Source: the human T2T-CHM13v2.0 reference genome, Homo sapiens
Assembly (NCBI RefSeq): GCF_009914755.1
Contig: NC_060937.1
Length of the DNA: 64,000 nucleotides
Direction: 5' to 3' (one strand)
Shown piece by piece: positions 45,173-58,689 of the stretch. Under the pieces are notes generated by a model, which was not told where the DNA came from, made no database searches, and saw only the letters and a program-made list of their open reading frames with translations. Made by a program: the position numbers and the translations under genes. How positions within the stretch are numbered: position 1 is the stretch's first letter; every line of letters starts with the position of its first letter.

Positions 45173-46763
45173 AAACTATATTATAAGGCTACATTAACCA
45201 AAACAGCATGGTACTGATACAAAAACAGACACATAGACCAGTGGAACAGAGTAGAGAGCCCAGAAATAAGGTTTTTTGTTTTTTTTTGTTCTTTTTTTTT
45301 CTCTCAAAAGTATTCTATAGTCTGGTAAAGAATTAAAAAACTGAAAAAGAGGGAATAGAGAATATAGAGGTGACCTAAAGATGTCAACCATGTTCCATGG
45401 TGGAAAAATATCAGGAAAAAAAGTATTAATTCTAGCAGAGTAGAATAGCAATTATTCATGGGGGAGGCATTCAAACTGAATCCGTTTAAAGCATATTAAA
45501 TGCAGAAGAAATTTTGCAGAGACAGAGTGGGAAACATAATTATTTTCCAGAGTAAATTTGGCTAATATTAATTTTGTCATACATTTTTGTCAGTTTTGAC
45601 ATTTTAACTATAAAATTAGTGTGTGGATAAGATAAATTAGGTAGAAATAATGACAATTACAAAAAATATTACTTTGATGAGTTGCTGGGTTTGAGAAGAA
45701 GAAATTTTAAAATCTTCAGTGAAAAATAACTATTTTATTATATATATATATATTTTTTCTTCAATCTTACTTTCCAAAATGTTTACCTTGGATAACAAAA
45801 TTATAATTCATAGATATTTTTATGTGTTCAGGAAATTTATAAAATATATATTGTTGAGAACACTCAAAAAAGAAATTGTGGAAAAAAGGACCTAACAAAT
45901 GTGACCCTTCTAAAAGAGTGGAGGCCTCCTGGCAATGTTCTCTGCAACCCATGATGTAGGTTAAGAGGAGTGGACCAATGTTCTGTTTCTGACTGATTAT
46001 GAGGCAACATATGTACCAGTAAAATTTCTAACTTACATTGGGTCTTCATCTTCCATCTATCAAGGCATAAGCTTATCCATGTATAAGGCTGGCTGCAAAA
46101 TTTTTCACAAAGTATATTCCATGAGTCCACACAACAGACCCCCTTTTTACTTCTATTATTCAAAGAGGCATAAGCAAAGAAAAAAATTGAAAGATAAGAG
46201 TCTCGTGATAGTAGAAAAGTCTTGATCCGTGATCTTGGGATAAAGCTGTCCACATCAAGGATGCCATCTTCTTCTGGGTAGAAACTTCTCTGCCTAGTTT
46301 TATTTTAAGGGTTTCAAAGGGTGTACAGTTCCAAGAGTATTGAGGGATGCTTCTGAGTTGTGAGATTATGAACCTTAGGTTCAAGGTCCCAAAGTTATGC
46401 TACAATGTGGATGGCAAGGGCAGTTTTTCTCTGATGCTCTTGGATCACAATCTAGAATCTTTGGGTTCTAGATTGTGAAGAGGTTGATTGTCCCCAGTCA
46501 GTGAACCATGAAGAATTTTCTTTACTTTGTGAAAATATACTGTGGCATAATGAGCTACTGTTATAACATCAGACTTCTTACATGAGAAACTTTTGTATAA
46601 CTAGAAAACATGCATTGAGATGACAAGTGATTAAATCCTTCTATAAATGTTTAAATGGCCCATCAGGTAGTGAAATGTACCTGAAGTTTTGAATGTCTTC
46701 CCAGGAATGTGAGTTTAACAAACCAAACATTTTGGTCATAAACTATTTTAGCAAGTTAGAAGT

Positions 46764-46765
<2 letters not shown>

Positions 46766-46852
<87 letters not shown>
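46766..46852. repeat. (TA)n(CA)n microsatellite
   Basis: Long near-perfect runs. Confidence 0.97.
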
Positions 46853-46854
<2 letters not shown>

Positions 46855-48412
46855 TTTATCGGGATCATTTTATCTTTTCCATGATGAGTCATGGAATGTA
46901 GACCATTTAATAACAAAAGCTTTAAGGACTCAAGAGGACAAGCCTGCTGCCCTAGTTCTCCAAGAGTTCATGCTTATTCAAATTATGTCCTCTTGAATAC
47001 CAGTTGTTTCTCCAATTTAAGTGCACAGCACTGATAAATGATGGGTTATCATGGGTAATTTTACCTAGACAATGAAGTTTATTCAAATTGTATATCTGAG
47101 CAACTTCAGTACTGGCTGATTTAGATAAACCAGTCAGTCTTTTTATTAAAGTTTCAGAGATTTCTTACCCAGTCCAAATGATATGATTCGAAAGTTATTC
47201 AGAAACCTCTCTTCAAGAGTGCTTCTCAGGTTTCTTTTCATCCTGTCATGAACCTCCTGCAAAACAACATATTCTAGGATTTTATATACTTGTGAAGTTT
47301 TCAGAAACTGCTTCAGAAGCAATTAACTGTGAAAATGGCTTTGAATAGTCATGGTTAATGACACAATTGACTAGGAAATTTGGTTATTTCTCTGGTCTAC
47401 AATAACAAAATATTATACACATTAGAATTTTAGAAATCCCATACAATTTTGGAACACATATAAATAACATTCATTAAAATGTAACCTGAAGAAGGTTAAA
47501 TATTATTTCTTATTTGACAATCCTTCCCTTGTAACATAACATGTAAAATAATCCCATTTACTTCTCCTTTGGATGCTTCAGGTGGCCTCTGGAGCACCCC
47601 AAAGTGAGAGGTAAAAAAAGACGCAATTTTGAAGTTGAAATTTGATTTTGCGAAGCCTGTCAAATATGTCAAAGGTTTAGAGCACTTGACCAAAATAGGA
47701 TCAGAGGTCACCATAAGACCACAGTGATTCATTTACCAAAGTAATAATTAAAAGATTTTTAAAAACAAAACCTGTTTGTCTTTGATCAAGGGGACTCAGT
47801 TTTCTAAACAATCAAAAGACAAGACAGCATGAGACAGAATCTCTCTGTTCTTATTTACTCTTTCTTTTCCTCAGTTTACTGAAAAGGTGAATGAAAATAT
47901 TATACTGGCATGTTAATACTACACAAAATTCTTGTTAAAAAGGGAAAACCTATCAGTGTATTATCAATATGAAAACTGATTTTAACAAAACCTCATAAAT
48001 AACATTTATCAAATCTATCATTTTTTAACCACACATTTCTGTAAATCTTTTATTTTACATTTTCCCCAACTTTCTACATTCATCTTGTTTTATCTGTTTT
48101 TTATTCCTTCAATTTGAAATCTTTAAGTAACTTCAAACCAAACACAATTTTTAACACACATTTTTATGCCTTTATAACTTTCCTCATCAAACACATATTT
48201 TGCTTTGCTTATACACTCTGAAAAAAGAATTATCTCATATCTAGTAGTTTTTAACCCTTAGTAACCCTAATTTCCAGTGATAAGCCTGGAAAGTAATTTT
48301 GAACTGTTTTATATCAGTATTTGTAGATAAAAAATATTTTATAAGTTTTTAGAAAGATGATTATCCAAATTATTGTTTATTAACAGTCTAAACATACTTA
48401 GCTTTTCTTTAC

Positions 48413-49076
48413 TGAAGCAGCTATGGTTGTCTGGGGTATATATCCTGGGGTTCATTGCCATGTGCTGAGAAAGAGTTCAGGACATGGACACATGTGGGTG
48501 GGTTAAGGAGTAGAAAGTTCAATAGACAGCAGAAAGGAGAGAGGAGAGCAGCTCCTAGTGAGAGAGAGGAGAGAGGACAGAGGAGAGAGAGAGAGAGAGA
48601 GAGGAAGAGAGAGAGAGAGAGAGAGACATCTGAAAAGAGGAGGGGCAGCAGACTGCAGCAGACGTTATAGGCAGGCTGGAGAATTCAGTGTCTGATTTAC
48701 ATAGGGCTCACAGATTGGTTCAATCAGGTATGACATCTACATAGTGGGCAGAGGAGAGGGTGGAGGAGGGGAAACTGGTGGCCCAACCATAATCTAATTA
48801 TGCAAATGGTGCAAATGGGCTTTCCAGTTGATTGGAGCCATCTTGTCTGCTTCTCACTGTACACATGGCTGACAAAGAGAAGGGAAGATGGAGCCACCAT
48901 CTTTAACATGATTGGCACAACTGCTGGCATCTATGTCTGCAGCTCAATTTTACAGGCTGCTTTTCATTAGAAAAGAAAATAATTTGAAGCTGCTTTTCAT
49001 TAAAAAGAAAAGCCCTACTGAGAACTCCCATGGCCTTGCTGTCTGCCTAAGTAATTCCTTCTTAACTCCTATATCA
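48413..49076 (-). mobile_element. LTR9/MER50-like ERV1 solo LTR nested in the MER57-type internal region, with a (GA)n tract
   Basis: Reverse strand begins tgatataggagttaagaaggaattacttaggcag; TG...CA ends; TSD ttac/atac. Confidence 0.8.
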
Positions 49077-51125
49077 ATACCTACCACATAAAAATAACAT
49101 GTCAAGGTATAGAGACTTAAATGTATATTTATTAATTAATATCTCAGTATATTAGCTTACAGATGACTCAGACATTTTATGATTATCTGTTACTGAATTT
49201 AAAAAAATATGATTCTAAGATTTTAAATTACTGAAAAGAACTTTGATACTATGACACAGGTAGCCTCCCCAATGACTTCCCCCAGTCATTCTAGGTCCCA
49301 AGTAGCCATGTGACATACATGAGGACTAGGAAGGTCAAGGCTTGTCTGAGTCCATCAGGAGAGGAAACAGTTGTTAAGACCATACCTGGAGAAACCAACC
49401 CTTCCAAAAATATCTATGAGGCAAAAAAGGGAAAACAGAGGAAGAAGGGACCACATTGAGCTTGATTCTGGCTTGCAGCCCCTGATATAGGCACTAAAAA
49501 CATGTCTCCAGACTTTATCATTGCCACCTATCCAGACCCATGGATCCAGAGACTCTAAATCAAAGACATAAGCTCACAGTTAAATCAAGCATATATCTAA
49601 TTATATTCAACTTGATAATTTTGAAACCACTTACATTTTACCAACAGTTTAAAAGCTAGCTTTATTTACCAAATATCACATACACATATACAGATACAAA
49701 CACACAGAAACAGATCATATAGCTTTCATAAAGGATTTTCATTTGCTGGCTTTTAAATAGCTTTTCTTTTCCCCATTGAGCCTTCCAATCATCCAATTAC
49801 CTGTTTCATTACCCTAAGCAATTGTGTACTAGGCAAGAAATTTGAATTTCTAAAGGGACAACTCTTAGGTGGAACAGAAAAATTTAAATTTCATAAGCAC
49901 AGAGCTAAGATTTTAGGCCTAAATATTGTATCATCATTTTCTCAAACTAAGGAAAAAAATCTGCTTAAATAAAAGTTCACTTAAGACAGGATGGCCAGAA
50001 AAGCACCTTAAACAAAGGTATGACTTATTATGTAAATTTAAAAGATGGTAAGAGTTTCGAACACACATAGGCAGACATCCTTAAAATTGGAGATTTCCTT
50101 CATAGATATAAATTTTATTTATAAAAGAGTTTTAAGATAGCCAATTAAATTTCAGAAAGGTATATTTTAGTTCAATAGGGTGTTCTTTTTAACTTAGCTA
50201 CTGTTTTTTTTACCTAAAATTACTTGAGTTAAGGTTGGAGTCTATTAAGGAATAAGGCCAGAAAGCATTCTGTATGCCTGGATTCAGCATGGGTAGATCT
50301 GAAAAACAAAGCAAGCCTATTTTACCTTAGGGTCTACCTTTTATAAACAACTTATCTAGGATAGCTTTTTTTCCACCCTTGAGATGGGTTGGTAACTAAG
50401 ACAAAGGGTTAGCAGATTTAATTTTTCTTATCTATCAGTCACGTAAGCTTTTTATTTGCCTTTTACAAATTCTTTAAATAAAAACATTGAAATCTTTTTA
50501 GAAGTTTCTGCTGCAGTGTTGTTTATTTGGAAGATTCTACTGTAACTTATTTTTAGTAAGATTCTGCCATGTCTGTAAGACATTGCTGCTTCCAGGATCT
50601 AATATTTATGCATGTATAAGCCAGAAGGAACTCAGTTCTTAAGTAATTAAGGATCCTATTTCTACCTGAAATATTGGCTTTGGCTCTCAGTTTCTTTTGA
50701 TCAACTTAGCTAATGATTTTTTTCTCCACCTAAAATGAAACAAAGGCATAGAACACAAAAATCCCTGTGAGTTTACAAAAGCCAAATTTTACACCCCCTG
50801 CAATATTGGCATTTACTACCTATTTCTTTCTGACCCAATCAGATATAAGAGATCTCTAACTGGATTCAAGCCAGTTAATTATCAGATCTAATTCAATTGT
50901 GGACCCAGTCCAATTTCTCTTATGAGTTCCAAACCCAGTTTGGATCATACATTCGCTCAAGGAAACTCAGAGAGCTCAAAACACAAATCTGTGGAGCTTC
51001 AGAATCCAAAAGAAAACTTACCACGATCCCCAGCTCCTCTGTGAGAGCAACAGACAGAACAGGCCTGGCGTGTACCTTGCTTGGTCACTCAGTGCTCATG
51101 GGGATTGTTAGAAGCTTTACTTTAG

Positions 51126-51143
51126 ATCCCACTTCTGATGCCA
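51126..51143 (-). promoter_or_regulatory. Retroviral primer-binding site, tRNA-Leu type
   Basis: Minus strand tggcatcagaagtgggat, 2 nt after the LTR end; 16/18 match to the complement of the tRNA-Leu(CAA) 3' end as recalled. Confidence 0.75.
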
Positions 51144-51145
51144 TC

Positions 51146-51536
51146 TGTTAAAATAAAAACATTAGCTGAATTAATAACAGAGTTTAATTGAGCAAAGAAC
51201 AATTCATGAATTGGGCAGCCTCCTGAGCCAAAGTAGGTTCCGAGACTCCAGCATGGCCATGTGGTAGAAGATTTATGGGCAGAAAAAGGATAGAGACATA
51301 CAGACAATGGTAGTGAGGTAAGGAAACAGCCGAATTGGTTACAGCCTGGCATTTTCCTTATTTGAACACAGTTTGAACAGTTGGCCACCTTTGGCCAAAA
51401 CTTGGTAATTGGCACAAGAGTAGACTACAGTTTGTGTACAACTCCGTTTCAGTTATAGTTGACGATATACAGAGAAACTTTTAGGCTGAACTTAAAATAT
51501 GTAAGAAGATAGCTTTAGGCTAAACTTGATTTAATA
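51146..51536 (-). mobile_element. MER57-like 5' LTR
   Basis: Reverse strand: ttaaatcaagtttagcctaaagct...ttacatattttaagttcagcctaaa...attaaa...ttaaca. Confidence 0.85.
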
Positions 51537-53777
51537 TTTACCAAGGAAAATCTACAGTAGATCAAAGTTAATATATTTAATATATATGTCTTCTTTTATT
51601 ATTTCATTGGCATATGTATGAATTTTCAGGATATTTTTTGTGTTCAGGCACTAATTATATAGAGAGTGCAGCAGAAGAAGATAACAAAACTTTCTGAGGG
51701 AAAGATCATTTTTTAATTATAAACAGGGCCAACAGTATTTAGTGGTAATAATGTAGTTTTTCCAAATGACATATTACGTATTTGTCAAAAAATGAATTTG
51801 GATCATATATTTTATATCTTTTTCTGCTCTAAAAGGCTGTAATATTTTTTCAATTATTATTAAAATTTATTTGAATGTGTATAATCAACTACTGCTACAG
51901 ATTGATACTGTCACAGTTTGGTAAACATATATAAACTTATTTATTCTGACCTCTGTATAAGCATGTAATTATCTGATTAGAAAGTGCTATAGTTCATTAA
52001 GCAATGCAAAACCCCATGGCTTTATGCTTTATTAAAAACCTGCTTTGTTTTTTAAAAGGTTGATTCAAATGCCATCAGAGCCTGATTTAAAATGATTAGA
52101 AATGCTAGTGTCATTTTAAATTTAAATCCGAAAGAAAATTGATTTAGCATTGATAATTTAACATGTTCAAATCATGAGATATTTGTAAAAAATATATTTA
52201 CTACACAGTTCGTTATCTTGCAGGAGATATCTGATCATAAAGAAAGATGTTCACGTTTATAGTGACAAATGTTTTGGCATAATTGGGGATTTGGGGGGTG
52301 GGGAGAAGAAAATATCCAAGTATTAAGTCTTAAGGGGAGAGAAACAAAATTATATTTTATATATTAAGAGTAATTCAAACCACAGAGAACTTGTAATAGT
52401 TGCTCCGAAGAAATAATTATTTCCTTATGCCGTTTGCTAAGAAATAGAGGATATGAAAAATTATACTTAACTGATGATGTAAATAGAGAAATAATGAGTG
52501 AGTATTGAATGGCTAGGGCCAAGGTAAAGCAGACTGTGTCAATTTGGGTTTGGTCAGGAGAAGGAACTACCTTAGATAATAGAAGCAAGAAAATAGAGGC
52601 TTACATTACCACTGAAAGGAATGATACAAAATTCAGGAGAGAAGAAAATGGTAGGAGACAAATGCAGATCATCTCAACTGCAGGCCATTCAGAGAATAAT
52701 GCCTAGAAACTATTGGCAAATCCTTTCATTGCCAAAGCCCATGTACATGCCTATAGCCTATAACAGGTTCTCTTTGTCTGCCTTTCAAAATTTTCATCAC
52801 TCACACTGATGGAATTTAAATGGGACCCTGTTTGCAAAGGACAGATAGTAAATATTTAAGATAAAAATATACAACAATAAGTTATGATCTGACACAAAGA
52901 TAAATGATATCTAGATAAAGATTATTAATCCATTTGTTATCAAATGCTTACAGCAGGAATTGGATGGCATGCATAATAAACTATCATAATTTCTAAATTC
53001 AAGACTTTACTCATATGAAAACTTGAGTGATGTTTTATGCCAGATCATAAAAATTATACTGGGAAATATAAAATATGATTAATTAGAATATATATCCAGA
53101 AACCCAGAAATAAGAGTGCATTTTTTTTACTTAACGATAGCTACAAATAATTTTAACCAAGATAAAATTTTATACACAATATACATAATTTTTCTCTAGA
53201 ACAAACATGACAACAGGATTCTAGTTGATAAATTTACTGATTGTTATATATAGTCAATGTTCTCATACATTCCCTGACTTAATAGGTCAATGAATGACTG
53301 AGTGACAGCCATGTAGTACAATATTTTAAACAGTCTTGTGGAAACTGTAATTTTTGTCCTTTAGAAGGTGGATTTTTAGTTCAACTGAATCAGGAACACT
53401 ATGAACAAAAAACCTAAGAATCTGCTTCACCCCCAAGATAGAGACAGAATGGCACAAACTCCAATTCTACTCCCTGTGGAAGCCCAAAAGCCAGCAAAGG
53501 ATTCCACGTAATCACATTCTCACAGTCCTTGAGACCCCTGAACTCCAGTTGAGAGTAGTTTCTCTCTGTCCCCAAGCATGCAGATGTGCAACAAAGCTCC
53601 TTCAAGGGTAAACACCTGCACACAGAAAGCTCTCATGCAAGAGTACTCACTAATACAAAAGCTGGAGTTTCCTGGAGGAAGTCACACAGCACATTGAATG
53701 GAAAAGAACCTTCAGTCCAATATAACCTATTTGACATTGCTACTCTTCCACCTTAACACCTTAACACTTGGGCTCCT

Positions 53778-54060
<283 letters not shown>

Positions 54061-54396
54061 CTCTTTTGGTCTTTACATCAAACAGAACTAGACTCCAACA
54101 AACTTGCCGGCTCATCTCTTCACTCCATCGTTCACTCTTATATATCCCATGAAACTACACATTTTTCTCTCTATTTTGCAAAACAGTGTAGCTCTCCTCT
54201 ACTCTTATTCCCAAACTTGAAGAATGAACCTATCCCATCAAGTTCCTCTAATAGATCAAGAAATTTATTTAGCCTTTTCATAAAAGAATTATCATAATAA
54301 ATGGTAAAATTCAATTTTCTGCATGATCTACTCTTCTGGCATCCTCATGCAACAATCAAATGCAGTGTTCCTGAACTAATTACATAATCTAGAGTT

Positions 54397-55515
54397 TGTG
54401 AAAGAAAATTAAATCTTAGCACCCCAAATTCATTAAGCCGAAGGGAAAAGTCAAGCTGGGAACTGGGTCACACAAACCTAACTCCTCCTTTTTTGTTTCT
54501 AAATAAGATGGCTACAAGATGAAAAGCTCCATGCCTCCCCCATGTTTTGCCCACAAGCAAATTTTTAGTGAGCTGCAAGATCTTTACTCTAAGGTATTCT
54601 GTTAAAATTTCACCATGGCCATGTAAATTTATAGCTTATCTTTACAGGTGCAGTCACCCCTCTGCCCACCTGACACAAATGCATATCCGATTGTTCCCCT
54701 ACCCCATTTTGTCTTATGTTGTCTTATGTAAAATACACATTCCCCACATTTTTCGACTGCCCCATTTGTCTATGTCATTTGTCATAGTTAATACTGAGTA
54801 TCAACTTGATTGGATTGAAGGATGCAAAATATTGATTCTAGGTGTGTCTGTGAGGGTGTTGCCAAAGGAGATTAACCTTTCAGTCAGCAGGCTGGGAAAG
54901 GCAGACCCATCCTTAATCTGGGTGGGCACAATCTAATCAGCTGCCAGGGTGGCCAGAATATAAAACAGGCAGGAAAATGTGAAAAGGCTAGTCTGTCTTA
55001 GCCTCCCAGCCTACATTTTTCTCTTGTGCTGGATGCTTCCTGCTTCCGAATATTGGACTCCAAGTTCTTCAGCTTTGGGACTCAGACTGGTGTCCTTGGT
55101 CCTCAGCTTGCAGATGGCCTATTGTGGGACCTTGTGATCGTGTGAGTTAATACTACTTAATAAACTCCCATATATATATAAAACTTAACTTAAACTCCAT
55201 ATACATGGGAGTTTATTGAGTAGTATTTTATATATTAGTTCTGTCCCTCTAGAGAACCCTAATACATCATTATATGTAAAAAAATTCAGATTCACTGAGC
55301 CAGACAAAGGCATGAATGACTATTTTTTTCTTCCCCCCTCTTACATGAAAATTGTGTAGTTCTCAATATCTTGCCCTTTCCCCTTTAAATTTGGAGCCCT
55401 CAAAATCATCTTCGGAGAAAGGCATAGACCTGTCTGGAGGGAGTGCATCCTTAACTTTGGCAAGTAAACCTCCTAAAATGATTAAGACTTGTCTCATCAT
55501 TTTTCTCAATTGACA
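54397..55515 (+). mobile_element. MER4B-like ERV1 solo LTR, split by MLT2A
   Basis: tgtgaaagaaaattaaatctt...aagtcaagctgggaactgggtcac...attgaca; perfect TSD agtt. Confidence 0.9.
54780..55266 (+). mobile_element. MLT2A (HERV-L) solo LTR
   Basis: gttaatactgagtatcaacttgattggattgaagg...ctctagagaaccctaataca; perfect 5-bp TSD tcatt. Confidence 0.93.
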
Positions 55516-55614
55516 AGTTCCACTTTTAACCCTCAAAGGACCCCTCTTAAAATCATATATATTAATTTTTTTCATAAGTCTTGTGCTTTTTAATTTTTTT
55601 CATGAGAAACTAGG

Positions 55615-55765
55615 AAAGATATATCAGTTAAAGAATAGAAAAGACATATCAGTTATAGAAGAGTTATAGAATATAGAATAGTTATGGAATAGAAAGATAT
55701 CTCAGTTATAGAATAGGAATGATGTATCAGTTATAGAATAGTTATATCAGTTATAGAATAGGAAA
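55615..55765. repeat. Degenerate minisatellite, core (ga)tatatcagttatagaatag
   Basis: Recurrent agttatagaa motif, units up to ~25 bp. Confidence 0.85.
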
Positions 55766-55814
55766 CCAGTCTGGCTTCGTAAGTTGTGCTTTTGGTGAGT
55801 TTTCTATGACTTTA

Positions 55815-56010
55815 AACCTAGGTTAAAATATCAATGGTCTCACTCACCAGTTAGATGACCATGAAAAAATTTCTTTATATCTCCAGGATGCTTTTTTTTT
55901 CTCACTTGCAAAATGAGAATAATAGTAGGGACCTATTTTATAGTGTTATTACATAAATTATAGTTTAAATATTTATGAAGGGCCTAGAACAATGTCAGAC
56001 ATATAAATGT
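55815..56010 (+). mobile_element. MIR
   Basis: ctcacttgcaaaatgagaataatagta...cctagaacaatgtc. Confidence 0.7.
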
Positions 56011-56340
56011 GTCTATTTTAAAAAATAAAGATAATTTTCATAAAATACTATTAAAAAATAAAAAGAAAGAATATAAGTATAGGAAAATAAAAAACACAGA
56101 ATTTTTGAGGAATGAAATTAATGCATTGGTTCTTAGAAAACATGGGTAGAGGCAGCCATGGTCAAAAACATGTTGAAAAGACTACTGTGGAAATAAGAAC
56201 TCCTTAGGAAAGCTCCAAGTTTGCAGCCTTGTGTTGATCTAATATTACTTGTATTATTACTGCTATACTATTAATTGTAATAGTAGTTGCTGTAGTCTTT
56301 ATTTATATTTTGGAGGAAGACAGAAACTCCTGTCTCAGTC

Positions 56341-56746
56341 TGCACTAGGCTGATTTTGTGTTGCTTTTAAAAAAATACTTGAGACTGAATAATTTTAAAA
56401 TAAAAGGGGTTTAATTGGTTCTTCAGTCTCTACAGGAAGCATGCTTTTGGTGTCTGCTTCTCCTGAGGCCTTAGGAAGCTTACAATCATGGTGGAAGGCA
56501 AAGAGGGAGCCAGTGTATCATGTGGCAAAAGCTGGAGCAAGAGAGAGAGCAGGGAGATGCCATGCACTTTTAAACAACCGGATCTTGCCTGAACTAACTG
56601 AGCAAGAACTCAGTTATCACCATGGGAATGATGCTAAACCATTCATGAGGGATCCATCCCCATAATCTAATCACATCCCCACTTCCAACATTGGCGATTG
56701 CATTTCAACACGGGATCATGAGGGGACAAATATCCAAACCATATCA
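56341..56746 (-). mobile_element. MSTA/MSTB MaLR solo LTR
   Basis: gaggccttaggaagcttacaatcatggtggaaggc...atccaaaccatatca. Confidence 0.9.
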
Positions 56747-57319
56747 GTCTTTCACTCTATTTACCAGTGACAAATATTTAGGTTTGCTGTAAATCTTATT
56801 GATTAATAAATGAGGGAGACACATTTGAGGTAAGGCAGATAACTGTGTTAGTTTCCTACCATACCAGCCTTACTACTTGAGCCAAATCTACTCTCCAGTC
56901 ATATTTATGTCAACTCTCTCCAGTTTTTCCAAACACCAGTGACTTGTCAATGTGGTTTCCTAATTTTGATATTGTCCTCCTTTCCCTTGGTTGAGAAATA
57001 TACAAAATATTCCAGGAAAACTCTGGTTAAATTTGGCCTCATTTATTCCTAATCTATACTCCAGCCTTACAGTGATATCCTCGTTGAGGTATGGCTCAGC
57101 ACCAAAGGTCAGAGTAACTTTTACTTTAATTTTAGCCTATTTTTTCCTCATAATTTAAAAACAAAAAAAGATAGAACATATCATAACTAAAAATTATAGA
57201 GATACTTCTATTTTCCTTAATATGCATTACATAATGCATATTATATATATTTAATGAAGGAAATATATATAATGAAAAAAAGGTCTCATTTTTATTATAG
57301 TACTATCCCTAACAGAAAA

Positions 57320-57445
57320 ATCTTTGTAACTTCAGGCAACTAATAAACTTCTCCAGACATTATTTTCCTCATCTGTAAAAACAACAGTCACAAAAAAAAC
57401 AGGGATATTAGATTAGATAATCTCCAATTTCTTTTCAGTCATGAA
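57320..57445 (+). mobile_element. MIR/MIR3 fragment
   Basis: ttttcctcatctgtaaaa core. Confidence 0.55.
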
Positions 57446-58399
57446 ATTTAACAATCTATTAAAAAGTTATCTAAAGTACTGTCTCAAATTGCCCCAGTGT
57501 TCTGTTTAATGAAAACATAAATCACATTGTTCTTAATTTACTCCACTTCATTTACTCCTATAACAATGAAGAGTTTAGATGTGATTACATTTTATGATTT
57601 GTTACAGTTTTATTTGATAGCTAGATCCTGGGTCAGAGACCTTGATTTAATTTATGCTTGTTAACACTGAAGTTTATTTATGGCACTGAATAAATGATAG
57701 TGTAACAACACATTTGAAAATATCTTCCTAAGAGACAAGAGTTATTGCATTAATTTGCATTTTTTCTTTCTAGAATTTAGATAAATGTAAGTATTTATGG
57801 AAATAACAAATGTTGCCTGTTGGCTCTAAGATCTATCTTCTGTATGTAATGCTCTGGTGTTAATCTTCATGTTATCTTTTTACTGAGTTCTCTTCAAAAA
57901 GTTGTAGTGTAGTTAATGTGGCAGACATAAAAGCAATGTTGATTCAATTTGATTTTCTGTGTTTTTTTCTGGTGACTTGCAAAAGGAAGAGCAAAACAAG
58001 TGAAAATCAAGCCAGATTCTAAAATTATGACAGTCTGTAAAGAAAATTAGTTATTAATTATGATGCAGGTTTACAGCAATATTTGTTTTGAATTAAATAT
58101 ATTTTCATGAAAATGTAAACCAGGAATGACACAAAAATAAAAATCTTACCAATGGAAGAATTGTGTATGTGTTTCATAAAGTAAATATTTTAACAAATCT
58201 TTGAGTAGGAAATATATAGTGAAAAACAATCTGAAAGTGGTATTTATAACTACAAACAAAACCCCAAAGCTTAATTTTTAATTCTCTCTCTTCCAAAAGT
58301 CTCAATTATATTCTCTCAGTTACAATACAAATTCAGAATTTCTCTTTGTGAGATACACAGTGTTTTGAAAGGAAATGAGCATTTTTAGTCTAACTACAT

Positions 58400-58600
58400 G
58401 ATAGTGGGTGCAATTCCTGGCTCTACCAGCTATAAGCAGCCTGACTCTGTCCAAAACACTTGGCCACTTGTATTCACAGCTTCATGTATAAAATGTGAGC
58501 AACAATGCTCACTGAGTGGGATTGTTGCAATGATATAACTGGTATCCTATCTGTAAAACACCTATAATAGAAACTGGCATATCAAATGTATATTCAGTGC
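58400..58600 (+). mobile_element. MIR
   Basis: caattcctggctctacca...ttcatgtataaaatg...gattgttg. Confidence 0.6.
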
Positions 58601-58689
58601 TGATTCCTTACACCTTTTGCTTCTTTTTACCATCAATTCTCCTCTGATTCTAGCCTTTTGGGATATTGACTTGAAGATTCTAGAAATTT

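Larger units (their letters stand above)
45870..51145 (-). mobile_element. MER57/MER4-group ERV1 internal sequence, non-coding, 3' LTR not seen
   Basis: Follows LTR and primer-binding site on the minus strand; MER4-group internal-like sequence. Confidence 0.7.
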
